Positions 1 to 10,217 of a DNA stretch of 19,636 bases are shown here, one piece after another. How positions within the stretch are numbered: the first letter of the stretch is position 1; each line of letters opens with the position of its first letter. Both the position numbers and the translations under genes were made by a program. The notes under the pieces are model-generated. The model was not told the origin of the DNA, ran no database searches, and saw only the letters and a list, made by a program, of their open reading frames with translations. Source of the stretch: Methanocellales archaeon (lineage in GTDB: Archaea > Halobacteriota > JAWCLZ01); the NCBI GenBank assembly GCA_038850285.1, contig JAWCMA010000022.1:1073-20708 (forward strand), written 5' to 3'.

Positions 1-1
1 T

Positions 2-598
2 AACTTGCCCATTGCAAATCAACAATATGAATATAAATATAATATTCCATCTCTCTTCCGGAAAATAAATGACTACATAACTCCTAGAGACCCGCAGGTT
101 GAAGCGCTTGCTAAGGAAATAGCTGAGAAGTACCCAGGCAAATATAACATTTACCAAATCTGCGCCATTTTTGACCTAGTTTCAGATAACATAGCATATA
201 TTAGCGAACCCGAGGGTGAAGACCGCTGGCAATTTCCAAATGAAACCCTGAGAATAAAAAAGGGAGATTGCGAAGACCACGCATTTCTCCTCGCCTCATT
301 GATTCAAGCTTTAGGGGGTACCACGAGAATCTATGCCACCGATAACCATGTGTTTGCTTCAGTATACATAGGTCAAGTAAATCATACTTCTAGAATTGCA
401 GAGGCAATAAATAGATACTATGGCACGCGAGTTGCAGTTTACTATCAAACCGATAAATATGGCTCGTGGTTAGTGCTCGAACCCAGCGGAGGATTCTACG
501 CCGGCTCGCTACCAGTTGGAGGAAGGCCAACTATGGATGGCGGGTGGACGCTTAGCAATACCACCACGCTATATGCCTTCGATGCAGAGTTGGATTGA
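2..598 (+). CDS. Transglutaminase-like (TGc) domain protein, 5'-partial
   Basis: Frame is open from the window edge. Motifs QFPNETL..KKGDCEDHAFLLASLIQALG (catalytic Cys), NHVF (His) and WLVLEPS (acidic residue) match the archaeal transglutaminase-like superfamily. Confidence 0.8.
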   Translation, partial: NLPIANQQYEYKYNIPSLFRKINDYITPRDPQVEALAKEIAEKYPGKYNIYQICAIFDLVSDNIAYISEPEGEDRWQFPNETLRIKKGDCEDHAFLLASLIQALGGTTRIYATDNHVFASVYIGQVNHTSRIAEAINRYYGTRVAVYYQTDKYGSWLVLEPSGGFYAGSLPVGGRPTMDGGWTLSNTTTLYAFDAELD

Positions 599-601
599 GG
601 A

Positions 602-646
602 TACCATTATTACCATTATTACCATTATTACCATTATTACCATTAT
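602..646. repeat. Perfect tandem repeat (TACCATTAT)x5
   Basis: Five identical 9-mers start at 602, 611, 620, 629 and 638. The last copy contains the secY stop codon (643-645). Confidence 0.97.
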
Positions 647-2139
647 TCTTCTCCAAGCAATTTGCGCATCAATGGATGCATTTCCATAACTTGTTCCTTG
701 GCAAGCTGTTCATAGAGATGGTATACAATTGAAACTGCGAGAAGCATTCCAGTTCCCCCAACTTGTCCAATGAGTCCAAATAAACTGGCAAGCAAGGTTA
801 AAGCCCCTATGAATGCCCCACTTATATGCGTTACCTTGGGAATATACCTTGCCATTACCTTTTGAATGACTCCCGGGTCTCTTCTAAACCCAGGGATGAG
901 CATTCCTGAAGCTGCAATTTTTTCAGCTGTCTCTTTGGGTCCCATACCTGTGGTATGAATCCAGAAAATAGCGAAGAGGATGCCGCCAAGTATTAATATC
1001 GCTGCATCAACTATCACGTGCAGTGCAATTTGCCAGACTTCGATTCCTGGTATGCGCTGAGTGACATACACTGGAATCCAGTCTCCCGGGCCGTGAATTG
1101 GGGAGAGATAATACATTAATCCTGAAACAGGCTGAGTGCCTTGAAATTCTCCAATCACAAGATTATGCCCTAGGATGGGAAGTGGGCTTCTCCAGAGCAG
1201 CATTCCAATCATCTGTATATTCGCTTGAAGTGCTCTCACCAAGATCATTGGCAGCACGCTAGCGTAGATCAATTTCACTGGAAACTTCCCCCTTGCTCCT
1301 CTCACAGCACCATGCGCAAGGGGAATTTCTATCCTTACGCTTTCAACATAGGTAACGATTAAGAAAACCGCTACAGTGGCAATTAAAGCTAGCACTTCTC
1401 CCTGTATTAAGAGAAAGAAAAGCCCATTTCCAGTGAGCAATTGATCAAGTGGTATATTGGTGAAGATATGATACCACTTAGGAATTATCCCAATTGGCAG
1501 CCCTATTTGATTCAGCTTCCAACTGAATATACCTTTGACCAACGCCTCGGCTACCCCTGCGACTATGAAGAGTGATACACCACTTCCAATTCCCCATTTT
1601 GAAACCACTTCATCCATGAATACTATAAGCAAACCACCTATGCAGATTTGAATGAATATCAACATGGTTATTACACTTGTATCAACCCCAAGTCTAGCTG
1701 CAAGTGTAGCGTCTGGCTTGAGGAAGCCTCCCATTATCTGTGGCAGTGCTTCAAATATGATCATGAAGAAAACTAAGAGTTTTTGAGCTCCTTGGAAAAA
1801 AGCTTGATCTCGCGGATCCTTAAGGTCAAGCTTTATTATCTCAGCTCCCACGAAGAGCTGCAGGATGATGGATCCCATTACAATGGGACCTATGCCAAGT
1901 TGAATTATAGAACCACTTGCTCCCGCAACAATAGCTCGGTAGAGCTCGAACATATCTATGGATTCAGCTGAAAGTCCAAATATGGGTACATTTGCTAGAA
2001 TAAAATAAAGCACCAAGATGCCAATTGTCCAAGCCAGCTTGCTTCGGAAATGCACGTGACCTATGGGTCTTTCAACGGCTGGAAGTCTTTCAAGCAATGG
2101 CTCGAGTTTATCTCTAAAACTTGGCACTTCGCCTCGCAT
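643..2139 (-). CDS. secY: Preprotein translocase subunit SecY (Sec61-alpha)
   Basis: 498 aa multi-TM protein with LGIGPIV, LIVFMDEVVSKWGIGSGVSLFI, PVKLIYASVLP, IPGFRRD and GGTGMLLAVSI motifs; follows rpl15. Alternative GTG start at 2127. Confidence 0.97.
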   Translation of the reverse strand: MRGEVPSFRDKLEPLLERLPAVERPIGHVHFRSKLAWTIGILVLYFILANVPIFGLSAESIDMFELYRAIVAGASGSIIQLGIGPIVMGSIILQLFVGAEIIKLDLKDPRDQAFFQGAQKLLVFFMIIFEALPQIMGGFLKPDATLAARLGVDTSVITMLIFIQICIGGLLIVFMDEVVSKWGIGSGVSLFIVAGVAEALVKGIFSWKLNQIGLPIGIIPKWYHIFTNIPLDQLLTGNGLFFLLIQGEVLALIATVAVFLIVTYVESVRIEIPLAHGAVRGARGKFPVKLIYASVLPMILVRALQANIQMIGMLLWRSPLPILGHNLVIGEFQGTQPVSGLMYYLSPIHGPGDWIPVYVTQRIPGIEVWQIALHVIVDAAILILGGILFAIFWIHTTGMGPKETAEKIAASGMLIPGFRRDPGVIQKVMARYIPKVTHISGAFIGALTLLASLFGLIGQVGGTGMLLAVSIVYHLYEQLAKEQVMEMHPLMRKLLGEE

Positions 2140-2143
2140 GCTC

Positions 2144-2572
2144 CTATGCCTCTATTATTCCACCGCTAGCCCCCTCGAGTTTTGCCTTTGCAGTTTTAGA
2201 AAAATCACTCGCTGTTACAAATAGCCTCTTGGTCACTTTTCCACCACCTAGGAGCTTGTCTACGCCTAGCTTGGCAAGGTCGATGTATATAGCTTGTTCT
2301 TTTACTTCAGCCATTCCCCGTGCTATCAATTCAGTGGCAATTAAATCGAGATCACCTACATTTATAGCTTTTTTCTCCTCCACTACTTTTTGAGGACGTT
2401 TGAAGCCAGTTTTACCAAAGGTGCTTCCTTCAAGTATTGATCTTATGAAGTGATGCTTGCATTTTCCAGCGTCTCCGCGGCCGCCTCTGCTTCCCCCGCC
2501 CCTTCTTTTCTTATGACTTCCAACTCCATGCGTTCTGGAGCCCCTGAATTTTTTCAGCTTCCTTTTAACCAT
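2144..2572 (-). CDS. rpl15: 50S ribosomal protein uL15
   Basis: RGSRTHG.G..K.RRGGGSRGGRG and KLLGGG motifs; expected position in the spc cluster. Confidence 0.96.
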   Translation of the reverse strand: MVKRKLKKFRGSRTHGVGSHKKRRGGGSRGGRGDAGKCKHHFIRSILEGSTFGKTGFKRPQKVVEEKKAINVGDLDLIATELIARGMAEVKEQAIYIDLAKLGVDKLLGGGKVTKRLFVTASDFSKTAKAKLEGASGGIIEA

Positions 2573-2578
2573 TTCCCT

Positions 2579-3046
2579 CTACCTCATCTTTTCAAGAAGT
2601 ATATTGATCTCTCCCTTCCAGTTTCCAAGTGCTCCACCAGCTTTATAGCTCCGCTTAGTACCAGCTCCCTTCAATCCCTTTCTAGGGGGATGAAGTCTAA
2701 ATATTGGTTTTAAATCAGGCAGATCCCTAAGTCTAGCCTTGCCCCCGCAAACTGCTTTGGCAAATTCCTCAATATTTTCATAGTTTGTTTTGGATTTGAT
2801 GTACTCATCGGTTAGCTTCACTCCACCCACGAGCTCACCTCTGTTTCTCAATATCATAGCTAGTGCTTCTGGTGTTATTTCTCCATATGCTACGAAGTCC
2901 TTAATCTTTTGCAGCATGCCCCGATAGCTAGGCGTGTCCTCTATCACTGCGCAGTGATAAACGCGATTCAAATGAAGCATGGCAAGGGTATCCTTTATTT
3001 CACCCCTAGTTTTCACACCGCCTCTAAGGCGGATAACCGCAAACAT
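2579..3046 (-). CDS. rpl30: 50S ribosomal protein uL30 (archaeal long form)
   Basis: FAVIRLRG, SYRGMLQKIKDFVAYGE and FRLHPPRKG motifs; ATG at 3046 overlaps the rps5 stop (TGATG). Confidence 0.95.
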   Translation of the reverse strand: MFAVIRLRGGVKTRGEIKDTLAMLHLNRVYHCAVIEDTPSYRGMLQKIKDFVAYGEITPEALAMILRNRGELVGGVKLTDEYIKSKTNYENIEEFAKAVCGGKARLRDLPDLKPIFRLHPPRKGLKGAGTKRSYKAGGALGNWKGEINILLEKMR

Positions 3047-3687
3047 CACTTGCTTGCCTCCCTAGGCACTCTAAAGGTTGCAGTTTTTTTCAAAGCTTCA
3101 TAAGTGGCTTTGGCAAAGTTAATGGTAGACCTAGTATCGCCTCTAGTCCAAGTCCAGACATCCTTGATTCCCGCAAGTTCTAAAACCTTTTTAGCTGTCT
3201 CGCCTGCGGCAACTCCCAAGCCTCTGGGTGCAGGTTTTAGCGTCACCTCAACACTGCCAGCTTTACCTGTAACCGCAAAAGGAACTGTATGCTCTTGGCC
3301 GCATCCACATTCCCAAGAGCCACAGCCTCTCTTAATTTTCACGATGTTGAGCTTAGCTGCATCTATTGCTTTTTTAATTGCCGGGCCTACTTGTACATCT
3401 TTCCCCTCTCCAATGCCTATGAATCCATTTCCATTACCTACTGCAACGGTGGCTCTAAATTTTACCCTGCGTCCTGAGTCAGTCATTCTCTGCACCATGT
3501 TTATATCCAGCACTTCATCCACGAGATCAGGGAGTAGTTTGTCCACTAGCTCAGGCTCTTTAAGGGGAAGACTTGATTCAAGAGCTTGATCTAAGCTTGT
3601 TATCTCTCCCTCCTTCACCAGTCTCCCAAGTCTCGTTTTAGGAATCCATTCAGCTTCGGCTTCGAATTCAACTTTCTCTAATACCAT
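3046..3687 (-). CDS. rps5: 30S ribosomal protein uS5
   Basis: [32 protein letters not shown] and PAPRGLG motifs. Start could be 3687 or 3693. Confidence 0.96.
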   Translation of the reverse strand: MVLEKVEFEAEAEWIPKTRLGRLVKEGEITSLDQALESSLPLKEPELVDKLLPDLVDEVLDINMVQRMTDSGRRVKFRATVAVGNGNGFIGIGEGKDVQVGPAIKKAIDAAKLNIVKIKRGCGSWECGCGQEHTVPFAVTGKAGSVEVTLKPAPRGLGVAAGETAKKVLELAGIKDVWTWTRGDTRSTINFAKATYEALKKTATFRVPREASK

Positions 3688-3692
3688 GAGCA

Positions 3693-4193
3693 TCACGCCT
3701 TCTCAGCTATTCTTAACTTAATCTCCTCAAACTCGGGTGTTGAAAAATTAACATGTTCACCGCGAATTCGCTCTTCGCTTGGGAGAATTGATTCATTGTG
3801 TGGAATATGCAAGCCTGCATCTAAAGCGCCTTTTAAAGCTGCAAATACTCGAGCACCTTTTGAAGGCGAGTATAAACCTATATCTAAGATTGCATTTGAA
3901 AATCCCGCCTTCTTAGCCCGATATCCTAGGAGTAATCCAGTGAGATAGGCAGCTGGGGTATTTGAAGTCGAGGCTCTATAGCCATATTTCACTAGCTCCT
4001 TTGAAGATGCCGAAGCCATCGTGAGATCACCCCTTTCGCCTTGAAGTACAAGCTGTGCTCTTATATGCTTCAAGCTTTTTCTAATCACTAACCTCGGCTG
4101 CTTGGATAGCAATAGATTGAGTCTTCGCCTATAATCGGTTCTCCCCTCTCTTCTTCTTCGAAACTTAACTTTATATCTAGGTACTTTTGCCAC
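3693..4193 (-). CDS. rpl18: 50S ribosomal protein uL18
   Basis: [14 protein letters not shown] and [11 protein letters not shown] motifs; GTG start. Confidence 0.96.
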   Translation of the reverse strand: MAKVPRYKVKFRRRREGRTDYRRRLNLLLSKQPRLVIRKSLKHIRAQLVLQGERGDLTMASASSKELVKYGYRASTSNTPAAYLTGLLLGYRAKKAGFSNAILDIGLYSPSKGARVFAALKGALDAGLHIPHNESILPSEERIRGEHVNFSTPEFEEIKLRIAEKA

Positions 4194-4194
4194 G

Positions 4195-4650
4195 CTATTC
4201 CTCCTTCAGGAGACCTTGCGATTTTAAATGAGCATTGAGATGCGCCACGCTTCTATATTCTCCCCCTTTCGCTTTGAGATATAATTTTCTATATATACCT
4301 CTGCTTATCTTTCCCGCATCGCGCAGTTCCTTTAATCGCTTTCTCAGCGCGCGAATGCGCTTCATCCACTGCTCCTTCTTTGGGCTCCTTGCACCTTTAG
4401 CGCCCTTTCTCGAGCCATGTCCTCTTCTGCGTCCCTTGGCGCGCTTCAAAGCTCTTTCTCTAGCTCTACCGCGGCTTGCGCCTCTAGTTGGTTTGCGTTT
4501 TATCACACCCTGTTCTATCAAGCCGCGGATGTCTTCGCGAGTAATTGCTTTTGCCGCATCCTCGAGTTTCTCAGGGTTAATCCACACCCTAGTTTGACCC
4601 ACGCCTAAAATTTCACTTGCAAGTCTCTTTTGATTCGCAAGATCAACCAA
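4195..4650 (-). CDS. rpl19e: 50S ribosomal protein eL19
   Basis: [23 protein letters not shown] and [11 protein letters not shown] motifs; TTG start. Confidence 0.96.
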   Translation of the reverse strand: MVDLANQKRLASEILGVGQTRVWINPEKLEDAAKAITREDIRGLIEQGVIKRKPTRGASRGRARERALKRAKGRRRGHGSRKGAKGARSPKKEQWMKRIRALRKRLKELRDAGKISRGIYRKLYLKAKGGEYRSVAHLNAHLKSQGLLKEE

Positions 4651-4652
4651 GG

Positions 4653-5096
4653 CTATTCCTCCCTCTCCTCAGCGAGAGTGGGATTTAAAATTTTAAGTCC
4701 AAGCTCCCTCGCTTTCTCTTCTATTTCAGCGCGCTTTTTCATCCCAACTCTACCACTGATTTTTATCGCTTGCCTTGTTCTATCCAGTTTCTCAATTTCC
4801 TTCACGCTATATACTAGTACTTCCTCAAAGCCAGAGGGATGGAGACCGCGAACAATTGCGGGGGCTCTAAAGCCTACTTGCACCGCTTTGCCCTTGGCTT
4901 TTATCTTGGATTTTATCTTGTGATGCAGCCCTGTTGGCCTCCTCCAAGCTGGATTCACGCGTTTTTTCTTATGGGAGTCTGGCCCGCGAAATTCAGGCTT
5001 CTTTGCCTTCAAATGCTTTCTCACAGCAAGCAATCTTAATTCCTCGCTTGATAATTCTGGTTTTGATTCTGGTTTTGATTCTGTAGCTTCACCCAT
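4653..5096 (-). CDS. rpl32e: 50S ribosomal protein eL32
   Basis: [19 protein letters not shown] and [13 protein letters not shown] motifs. ATG at 5096, preceded by GGGTGG, is preferred over the GTG at 5111. Confidence 0.94.
   Translation of the reverse strand: MGEATESKPESKPELSSEELRLLAVRKHLKAKKPEFRGPDSHKKKRVNPAWRRPTGLHHKIKSKIKAKGKAVQVGFRAPAIVRGLHPSGFEEVLVYSVKEIEKLDRTRQAIKISGRVGMKKRAEIEEKARELGLKILNPTLAEEREE
5054..5083. repeat. In-frame 12-bp tandem duplication (ATTCTGGTTTTG x2.5) in the rpl32e N-terminal extension
   Basis: Copies at 5054, 5066 and a partial copy at 5078; encodes ESKP-ESKP-E. Confidence 0.85.
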
Positions 5097-5107
5097 TTTT
5101 ACCACCC

Positions 5108-5632
5108 TCACGCTTTCACCGTGATGTATATTCCATCTTGGAATACTCTAGGGTCATAGCCCTTTATTCTGGTGGTTTGCTCGATATTTGCAGCTGTCTG
5201 GCCCACTGCTTCTTTATCTATCCCAGTTACTATTACCTCATCAGAGGTTATTTTGACCTTGGTTTCTTTTCCAACGATCTGAGCCATCCTAGGTCTCTTC
5301 TCCCCTAGGAAGTTGATTATCAATACTTTATCGCCTTCGATTTTAACTTGAATTGGGAAATGAGCATATACTATTTTGAGTCTGCACTCAAACCCCTCCA
5401 CCACTCCTTTCATCATGTTAGAAATATGCGAGGCTAAAGTACCGATAATGGCTCTAGCTTTCCTCCTTTTATCAGAGCTCTCGATTATGATATTCGAATC
5501 CTGCTTTCTAATGGATACTACAGGGGACCAAAGCTCTCGCTTTAATTCGCCCCTTGGCCCAGTAACTCTTATGAATTTGCCTTCTATGTATACATTGACA
5601 TTTTGAGGTATTTTCACTTTTTCAACGATCAT
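5108..5632 (-). CDS. rpl6: 50S ribosomal protein uL6
   Basis: YAHFPI, NFLGEK, GQTAANIEQ and DPRVFQDGIY motifs; GAGGAG RBS. Confidence 0.96.
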   Translation of the reverse strand: MIVEKVKIPQNVNVYIEGKFIRVTGPRGELKRELWSPVVSIRKQDSNIIIESSDKRRKARAIIGTLASHISNMMKGVVEGFECRLKIVYAHFPIQVKIEGDKVLIINFLGEKRPRMAQIVGKETKVKITSDEVIVTGIDKEAVGQTAANIEQTTRIKGYDPRVFQDGIYITVKA

Positions 5633-5641
5633 TGCAACTCC

Positions 5642-6034
5642 TCAATATACATATGCAAGTAAACGCCCGCCAATTCCACGCTCCCTTGCCTCTAGATGCG
5701 ACATTACTCCTTGAGAAGTGGATATCATTAGTAATCCAAAATCTCGAGCGGGTAAAAATCGCTTCTCCCATTTCTCAAATTCATTTTTATCGACTGAGAA
5801 CCTAGGTCTAATTGCACCGCATTTATTTATTCTCCCCTGAAGTTTAACCTTAAATATACCTGCTTTGCCGTCGTCGATGAATTCAAATTCAGCTATATAG
5901 CCGTGTTCTTTCATTATTTTAAGTACATTGCCAATCAGCTTAGAAGCAGGTCGAAGTATGCACTCTGATTTTCCCACATTCTCAGCATTTTTAATCACAG
6001 ATAGAGCATCTGAAAGGGGATCAATTAATACCAT
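5642..6034 (-). CDS. rps8: 30S ribosomal protein uS8
   Basis: [25 protein letters not shown] and GGRLLAYVY motifs; ATG at 6034 follows a GGTGA RBS. Confidence 0.96.
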   Translation of the reverse strand: MVLIDPLSDALSVIKNAENVGKSECILRPASKLIGNVLKIMKEHGYIAEFEFIDDGKAGIFKVKLQGRINKCGAIRPRFSVDKNEFEKWEKRFLPARDFGLLMISTSQGVMSHLEARERGIGGRLLAYVY

Positions 6035-6042
6035 CGATTCAC

Positions 6043-6195
6043 CTACCAATATTTTTCAAAGCCCATTAAGGGAGCAAGCTCGCGGAAGCACTGCCTGCAG
6101 AGATATATACCATATTTTCTCACGAGACCTTGCTTTCTACCGCACCGCTTGCAGATATTTGCTCCTCTGCCAAATTTCTTCTTCCCGCGTTCCAT
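6043..6195 (-). CDS. rps14: 30S ribosomal protein uS14 (zinc-binding), not in the ORF track
   Basis: Manual translation: [50 protein letters not shown] (50 aa, two CxxC). ATG overlaps the rpl5 stop (TAATG). Confidence 0.96.
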   Translation of the reverse strand: MERGKKKFGRGANICKRCGRKQGLVRKYGIYLCRQCFRELAPLMGFEKYW

Positions 6196-6728
6196 TAAAC
6201 TACCTCCACGTCAAATTCCTCTTTCATATAAGCAATGGCTTCTTCCTTGGTAAGTCTATGTATCCTCGGGATTTTACTCTTTGCGATCCTTCTCTTTGCA
6301 GTTCTATAGCCAGGTCGCTTCAGCGATACTGCAATATCCATGCCAAATATTCCTACATCTGGGTCGTATTTTATTTCTGGGAAATCCGTGTGCTCTTCAA
6401 TTCCAAAGGCAAAGTTGCCATGCTCGTCGAAGGAGTTCTCTGAGAGTTTGCCCTTGATTTTTAGTGCGGTTTTCAAGAAATTTTCAGCAGCCTTGCCCCG
6501 AAGGGTTAATTTGCAGCCAATTCTCTCTCTCTTTTTAATTCCAAACCCAGGTATGCTTTTCTTAGCTTGAGTTAAAACTGCTTTTTGACCAGTTATTTGC
6601 TGGAGAATCTTTTGAGCATTTTCGAGTTTTTTACCTCCTTCGCCCACTCCTATGTTTATTGATATCTTCTCAATTCTAGGTCGCCTCATAGGATTTACCT
6701 TTTCTTTAACTTCTGCTGCTTCACTCAT
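6195..6728 (-). CDS. rpl5: 50S ribosomal protein uL5
   Basis: [42 protein letters not shown] and GIFGMD motifs. Confidence 0.96.
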   Translation of the reverse strand: MSEAAEVKEKVNPMRRPRIEKISINIGVGEGGKKLENAQKILQQITGQKAVLTQAKKSIPGFGIKKRERIGCKLTLRGKAAENFLKTALKIKGKLSENSFDEHGNFAFGIEEHTDFPEIKYDPDVGIFGMDIAVSLKRPGYRTAKRRIAKSKIPRIHRLTKEEAIAYMKEEFDVEVV

Positions 6729-7438
6729 ACAATGACACCTAGGTCAAGAGCTGGCTTTTCATCGCCAATGATATAAACGTGCTCCTCAATTGTTTCAAAT
6801 TCCTTTCCATCAAGAGTTGTTAATGTCACTAAATTTGGCTTGCTGCTTCTCAAGATTTTTACTTCCTTTATCCTTGCGAACTCGCCTGAATGTGTTCCTC
6901 CAACAATCATCGCCAAGCTACCTGGTTTTCTAGGGAGATGCTGAACGATTTTTCGATCGGGTAGGGATAGCACAACACTATCCCCGGTTTTATATTCATT
7001 TGTACCTATCAAATTCCATCCATCATTTAAATTCAGCTGCACCGCAGCTTTCTTCACAATTGTTTTATTTTTGATTTTGCAGAGCTTCAAATTCCTATCT
7101 TGAGTTGGCCTCAAGCATAGTTTTCCCTTATTATCGATTAAAACGCGATAATGTTGATCCACAGCGGGTAGTGAAACTACATCAAAAATTCCAACTGGGA
7201 AGCGATGGTCTTTCCTAACCACGCCATTTATTAAAAACTGCCCCTCGTGGAGTATTCTCTTAATTTCTTTTGCTCGCTCTCCAATTTTTAATATATCTCT
7301 CAATATCACCATTAAAGGCAAGCTATATTCCTGGGAATGCGGTCCTGGAATTGGTTTTGTTACAAATTTTTGGATTTTTTTCTCAATTGGCCAAGATTTA
7401 GGTGCTGAGATGCGTTTTTGATGACCTTTTCCAGACAT
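6725..7438 (-). CDS. rps4e: 30S ribosomal protein eS4
   Basis: HQKRISAPKSW, PGPHS, FPVGIFDV and QLNL.DG.N motifs. Confidence 0.96.
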   Translation of the reverse strand: MSGKGHQKRISAPKSWPIEKKIQKFVTKPIPGPHSQEYSLPLMVILRDILKIGERAKEIKRILHEGQFLINGVVRKDHRFPVGIFDVVSLPAVDQHYRVLIDNKGKLCLRPTQDRNLKLCKIKNKTIVKKAAVQLNLNDGWNLIGTNEYKTGDSVVLSLPDRKIVQHLPRKPGSLAMIVGGTHSGEFARIKEVKILRSSKPNLVTLTTLDGKEFETIEEHVYIIGDEKPALDLGVIV

Positions 7439-7443
7439 CTTTA

Positions 7444-7824
7444 TTACCTCTTCAATATTTCCTCTCTCGTTTTATCCTTGAGATCAAGCTTGGTTATCAT
7501 CAAATTTGAAGGATGCAAGGGCCTAGGTTTCTCAGTGCCATCTGCTCTAGCAACTGTAACTCCCTCTACAATGACTTTTTCATTTTTTAAATCTATCGCT
7601 GTAACCTTTCCCTCGTGGCCTTTCCTATCTCCGCGCATTACCTTCACTGTATCGCCCACTCTAAGCAAAGCACTGCGCTTGCCATATTTCTCCCTTAAGC
7701 TAGAGCTGAGGGTTGCTCTTAAGAATTTTTTCCTCTCATGAAGAGCTGCTTTGAATTTTGCTCTTCTCTGCTTCCTCGGCTGACTTGATTTAGTTGCCGC
7801 TTTTTGAGTTATTGGAGTTGGCAT
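7444..7824 (-). CDS. rpl24: 50S ribosomal protein uL24
   Basis: SSQPRKQR, KOW motif GDTVKVMRGD.KG.EGKV and HPSNLMITKL; ATG at 7824 follows a GGTGA RBS. Confidence 0.95.
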   Translation of the reverse strand: MPTPITQKAATKSSQPRKQRRAKFKAALHERKKFLRATLSSSLREKYGKRSALLRVGDTVKVMRGDRKGHEGKVTAIDLKNEKVIVEGVTVARADGTEKPRPLHPSNLMITKLDLKDKTREEILKR

Positions 7825-7833
7825 TAACATCAC

Positions 7834-8232
7834 CTATATGATTATTGTAGCAGTGGCTCCTATTTTCTGAAACCTCTCAGCCGCTTCCCTTGCAACTGGG
7901 CCTTTTATCTCGGTGCCCTTTGGATCTCCATTTTCATCGACTATAACCGCTGCATTATCCTCAAATTTCACGCGCATGCCATTTGGTCTCCTGAATTCCC
8001 TCGCTTGTCTTATAACCACTGCTTGAACGATTTGCTTTCTCATCTCAGGAGTGCCCTTTTTAACTGAAGCAATTACAATATCACCTATACCAGCTCTAGG
8101 CAAGCGATTTTTAACTCCTCGGTAATTTTTCACTGAAATTATCTCAAGAACTCTAGCGCCAGTGTTATCAGCGCATTCCAGCTGCGAAGCAGTGTTCAAG
8201 GATCTCGGGACCTTAGCTTTCAATGCCCTCAT
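7834..8232 (-). CDS. rpl14: 50S ribosomal protein uL14
   Basis: [16 protein letters not shown] and [13 protein letters not shown] motifs. Confidence 0.97.
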   Translation of the reverse strand: MRALKAKVPRSLNTASQLECADNTGARVLEIISVKNYRGVKNRLPRAGIGDIVIASVKKGTPEMRKQIVQAVVIRQAREFRRPNGMRVKFEDNAAVIVDENGDPKGTEIKGPVAREAAERFQKIGATATIII

Positions 8233-8558
8233 TTTCTCTCCACCTTTTCTACCACTACAAATGCTTTAGTCTTGGTAAGCGGCCTGCATTCTGCAATTTT
8301 AACAAAATCCCCTATTTTAGCATTGATGCAGGGGGGATTATGAGCGTGAATTTTAGATCGCCTCCGCTCATAGCGCTCGTATTTCCTGATGTATTTCAAG
8401 TGTTCCCGCTGCACCACCACTGTTTTATTCATTTTATCACTCACTACAACACCTTCGAGTACTTGTCCTCGAAGTGATAATATGCCGTGAAATGGACAGT
8501 TTTTATCGGTGCATTCTTTCTCAGGGGGTTTAACCTCTAGGCCTATGTTTCTCACCAT
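8229..8558 (-). CDS. rps17: 30S ribosomal protein uS17
   Basis: [17 protein letters not shown] and ECRPL.KTK.F motifs. Confidence 0.97.
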   Translation of the reverse strand: MVRNIGLEVKPPEKECTDKNCPFHGILSLRGQVLEGVVVSDKMNKTVVVQREHLKYIRKYERYERRRSKIHAHNPPCINAKIGDFVKIAECRPLTKTKAFVVVEKVERK

Positions 8559-8562
8559 CTTT

Positions 8563-8844
8563 TCACCTTACCTTAATTCTTCGTCCAATTCTATCCTCTG
8601 GAGAAGCAAGCAGCAAATTGCCATCTACTTTGACCTTTTGCTGGTTGGGTAATTGGAAAATAAAGATGGTATTTTGCTTAGGTATTCTTCGAGTTCTTCC
8701 ATTTTCTATGACAAGGGTTTTCTTGGTTTCATAAATTACCCTTCCCTTCAATCCCTTCAAGCTGGGATTTGAACTTTCAAGTACCTCTATCTTTAACCCA
8801 ATGAGCTCGTGATGGATGAGATTTTCAGGTGTAATTGGCATCAT
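8563..8844 (-). CDS. rnp1: Ribonuclease P protein component 1 (Rpp29)
   Basis: [26 protein letters not shown] and PEDRI motifs; canonical position between rpl29 and rps17. Confidence 0.93.
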   Translation of the reverse strand: MMPITPENLIHHELIGLKIEVLESSNPSLKGLKGRVIYETKKTLVIENGRTRRIPKQNTIFIFQLPNQQKVKVDGNLLLASPEDRIGRRIKVR

Positions 8845-9047
8845 TTCAGCTCCCCTAGCTCGCGCTGTATGGTTTTAATTCTTGCGATGGTCCTCCTCAA
8901 TTCCCTCAATCTACCGGGATTTTCAGGTGTCCCACCGCTTGATGCTTTTGCTTTTTGCTGCAGCAGCTCATTTTGAAGTTCTTTGAGCTTTGCAGCTCTT
9001 TCCTCTGGCTTCATTTCCCGTATTTCTTTAGCTCTATAGATCGCCAT
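8841..9047 (-). CDS. rpl29: 50S ribosomal protein uL29
   Basis: [18 protein letters not shown] motif. Confidence 0.95.
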   Translation of the reverse strand: MAIYRAKEIREMKPEERAAKLKELQNELLQQKAKASSGGTPENPGRLRELRRTIARIKTIQRELGELK

Positions 9048-9051
9048 TTTC

Positions 9052-9747
9052 TTACTCCTTTTGATTAGCAGTTTCCTTCTCCGCTTCTTGAGTACTCACT
9101 GATGCTTCTGCTTTTTCCTCGCTTTCAATCTTTTGCTCTGGTTTTTGCCCTTCATTTTTCTTAACCATAAGCTGGTCAGGCAAAGCTGCGGTTGGTGGAA
9201 TAATTCTTACTTGCACCCCAAGCACCCCTAGTTTCTTAACTGCTTGGGCATAGCCAACCATAACATTCTCCTCTGCGGGCTTGCCAGCATGCAGGATTTT
9301 GCCTCTCACGAATTTCTCCTTGCGCTTTCTAGGTCCTGTGAGCTTGCCTGAGATTATCACTTCGCAGCCGAGAGCACCTGCATCCATGATTCGCTGAACA
9401 GTGCTATGTCCAGCTTTGCGGAAGTACCAGCCTCTTTCTAAAGCATTTGCTAATCTATTGGCCATCATCTGGGCATTAAGCTCTGGCTTGCTAACTTCTT
9501 GCACGTCTATTTGGGGATTGTCGATCTTGAAAAGCTGCTCCATATCTGTGGTTAGCTTGTGGATAGTTTTACCTGCTTTGCCTATCACCATGCCTGGTTT
9601 TTCAGCATATATTGTAATCTGCGTGCCCATTGGGGTTCTATTGACATTCATCCCTCCATAGCCAGCGCGATTTAACTGCTTCATGAAGTATTCACTCATT
9701 TGAGCTTTACGCAGGCCCTCTTGAACGAATTTCTTCTCCACTGTCAT
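9052..9747 (-). CDS. rps3: 30S ribosomal protein uS3
   Basis: KH motif PGMVIGKAG, plus PELNA and [15 protein letters not shown]; acidic low-complexity C-terminal tail. Confidence 0.97.
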   Translation of the reverse strand: MTVEKKFVQEGLRKAQMSEYFMKQLNRAGYGGMNVNRTPMGTQITIYAEKPGMVIGKAGKTIHKLTTDMEQLFKIDNPQIDVQEVSKPELNAQMMANRLANALERGWYFRKAGHSTVQRIMDAGALGCEVIISGKLTGPRKRKEKFVRGKILHAGKPAEENVMVGYAQAVKKLGVLGVQVRIIPPTAALPDQLMVKKNEGQKPEQKIESEEKAEASVSTQEAEKETANQKE

Positions 9748-10208
9748 CAGTCGCCCTCCTCTATGATCATTTCCAAGGTTACTCTATCTCTATGCTTGGG
9801 TGTTGCACGCCCCATGGCTCGCGGGAAGATACTTTTGAACGCACGTCCTTTCTTCACGGCTATATGTACAATTTTCATCTTTTCAGGGTCGAGACCTTTA
9901 TATTTAGCATTATTTTCAGCGTTTTTAATGAGTTTTATAAACTCCTTAGCAGTCTTTTGAGGATAGCGGCCTGCATCCCATTTCTCTAAATTGCCTCGAT
10001 GGGCTATATTTCTATTATATCGCTTGAATGGAACCGGGCGCTTCATTTTAATGACATCCTCTAAATAAGTCACTGCTTTTTTAAGCAGCATTCCCTTTAT
10101 TGCTCTGCTTACTTCTCTACTTGCCTTTGGGGAGATGTCAGCTTCATAAATCATCGCTTTAGCGGTTTTCTCAGCTTCATATTTCAATGAATAATCCACC
10201 CTTCCCAT
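9747..10208 (-). CDS. rpl22: 50S ribosomal protein uL22
   Basis: ISPK.S.EV, GRYP.K, NAENNA and PRAMGRATP motifs. Confidence 0.96.
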   Translation of the reverse strand: MGRVDYSLKYEAEKTAKAMIYEADISPKASREVSRAIKGMLLKKAVTYLEDVIKMKRPVPFKRYNRNIAHRGNLEKWDAGRYPQKTAKEFIKLIKNAENNAKYKGLDPEKMKIVHIAVKKGRAFKSIFPRAMGRATPKHRDRVTLEMIIEEGD

Positions 10209-10217
10209 TCAGGCACC

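Noticed and set aside
460-490. Glu instead of Asp at the third triad position of the transglutaminase-like protein (WLVLEPS)
   Set aside because: Conservative variant that I recall being common in prokaryotic TG-like proteins; not evidence of novelty.
602-646. Repeat considered as a CRISPR array or IS end
   Set aside because: Unit is only 9 bp, has no spacers, and no cas or transposase gene is present.
8563-9047. No sui1 (aIF1) gene between rpl29 and rnp1
   Set aside because: Its absence here is normal for many euryarchaeal lineages.
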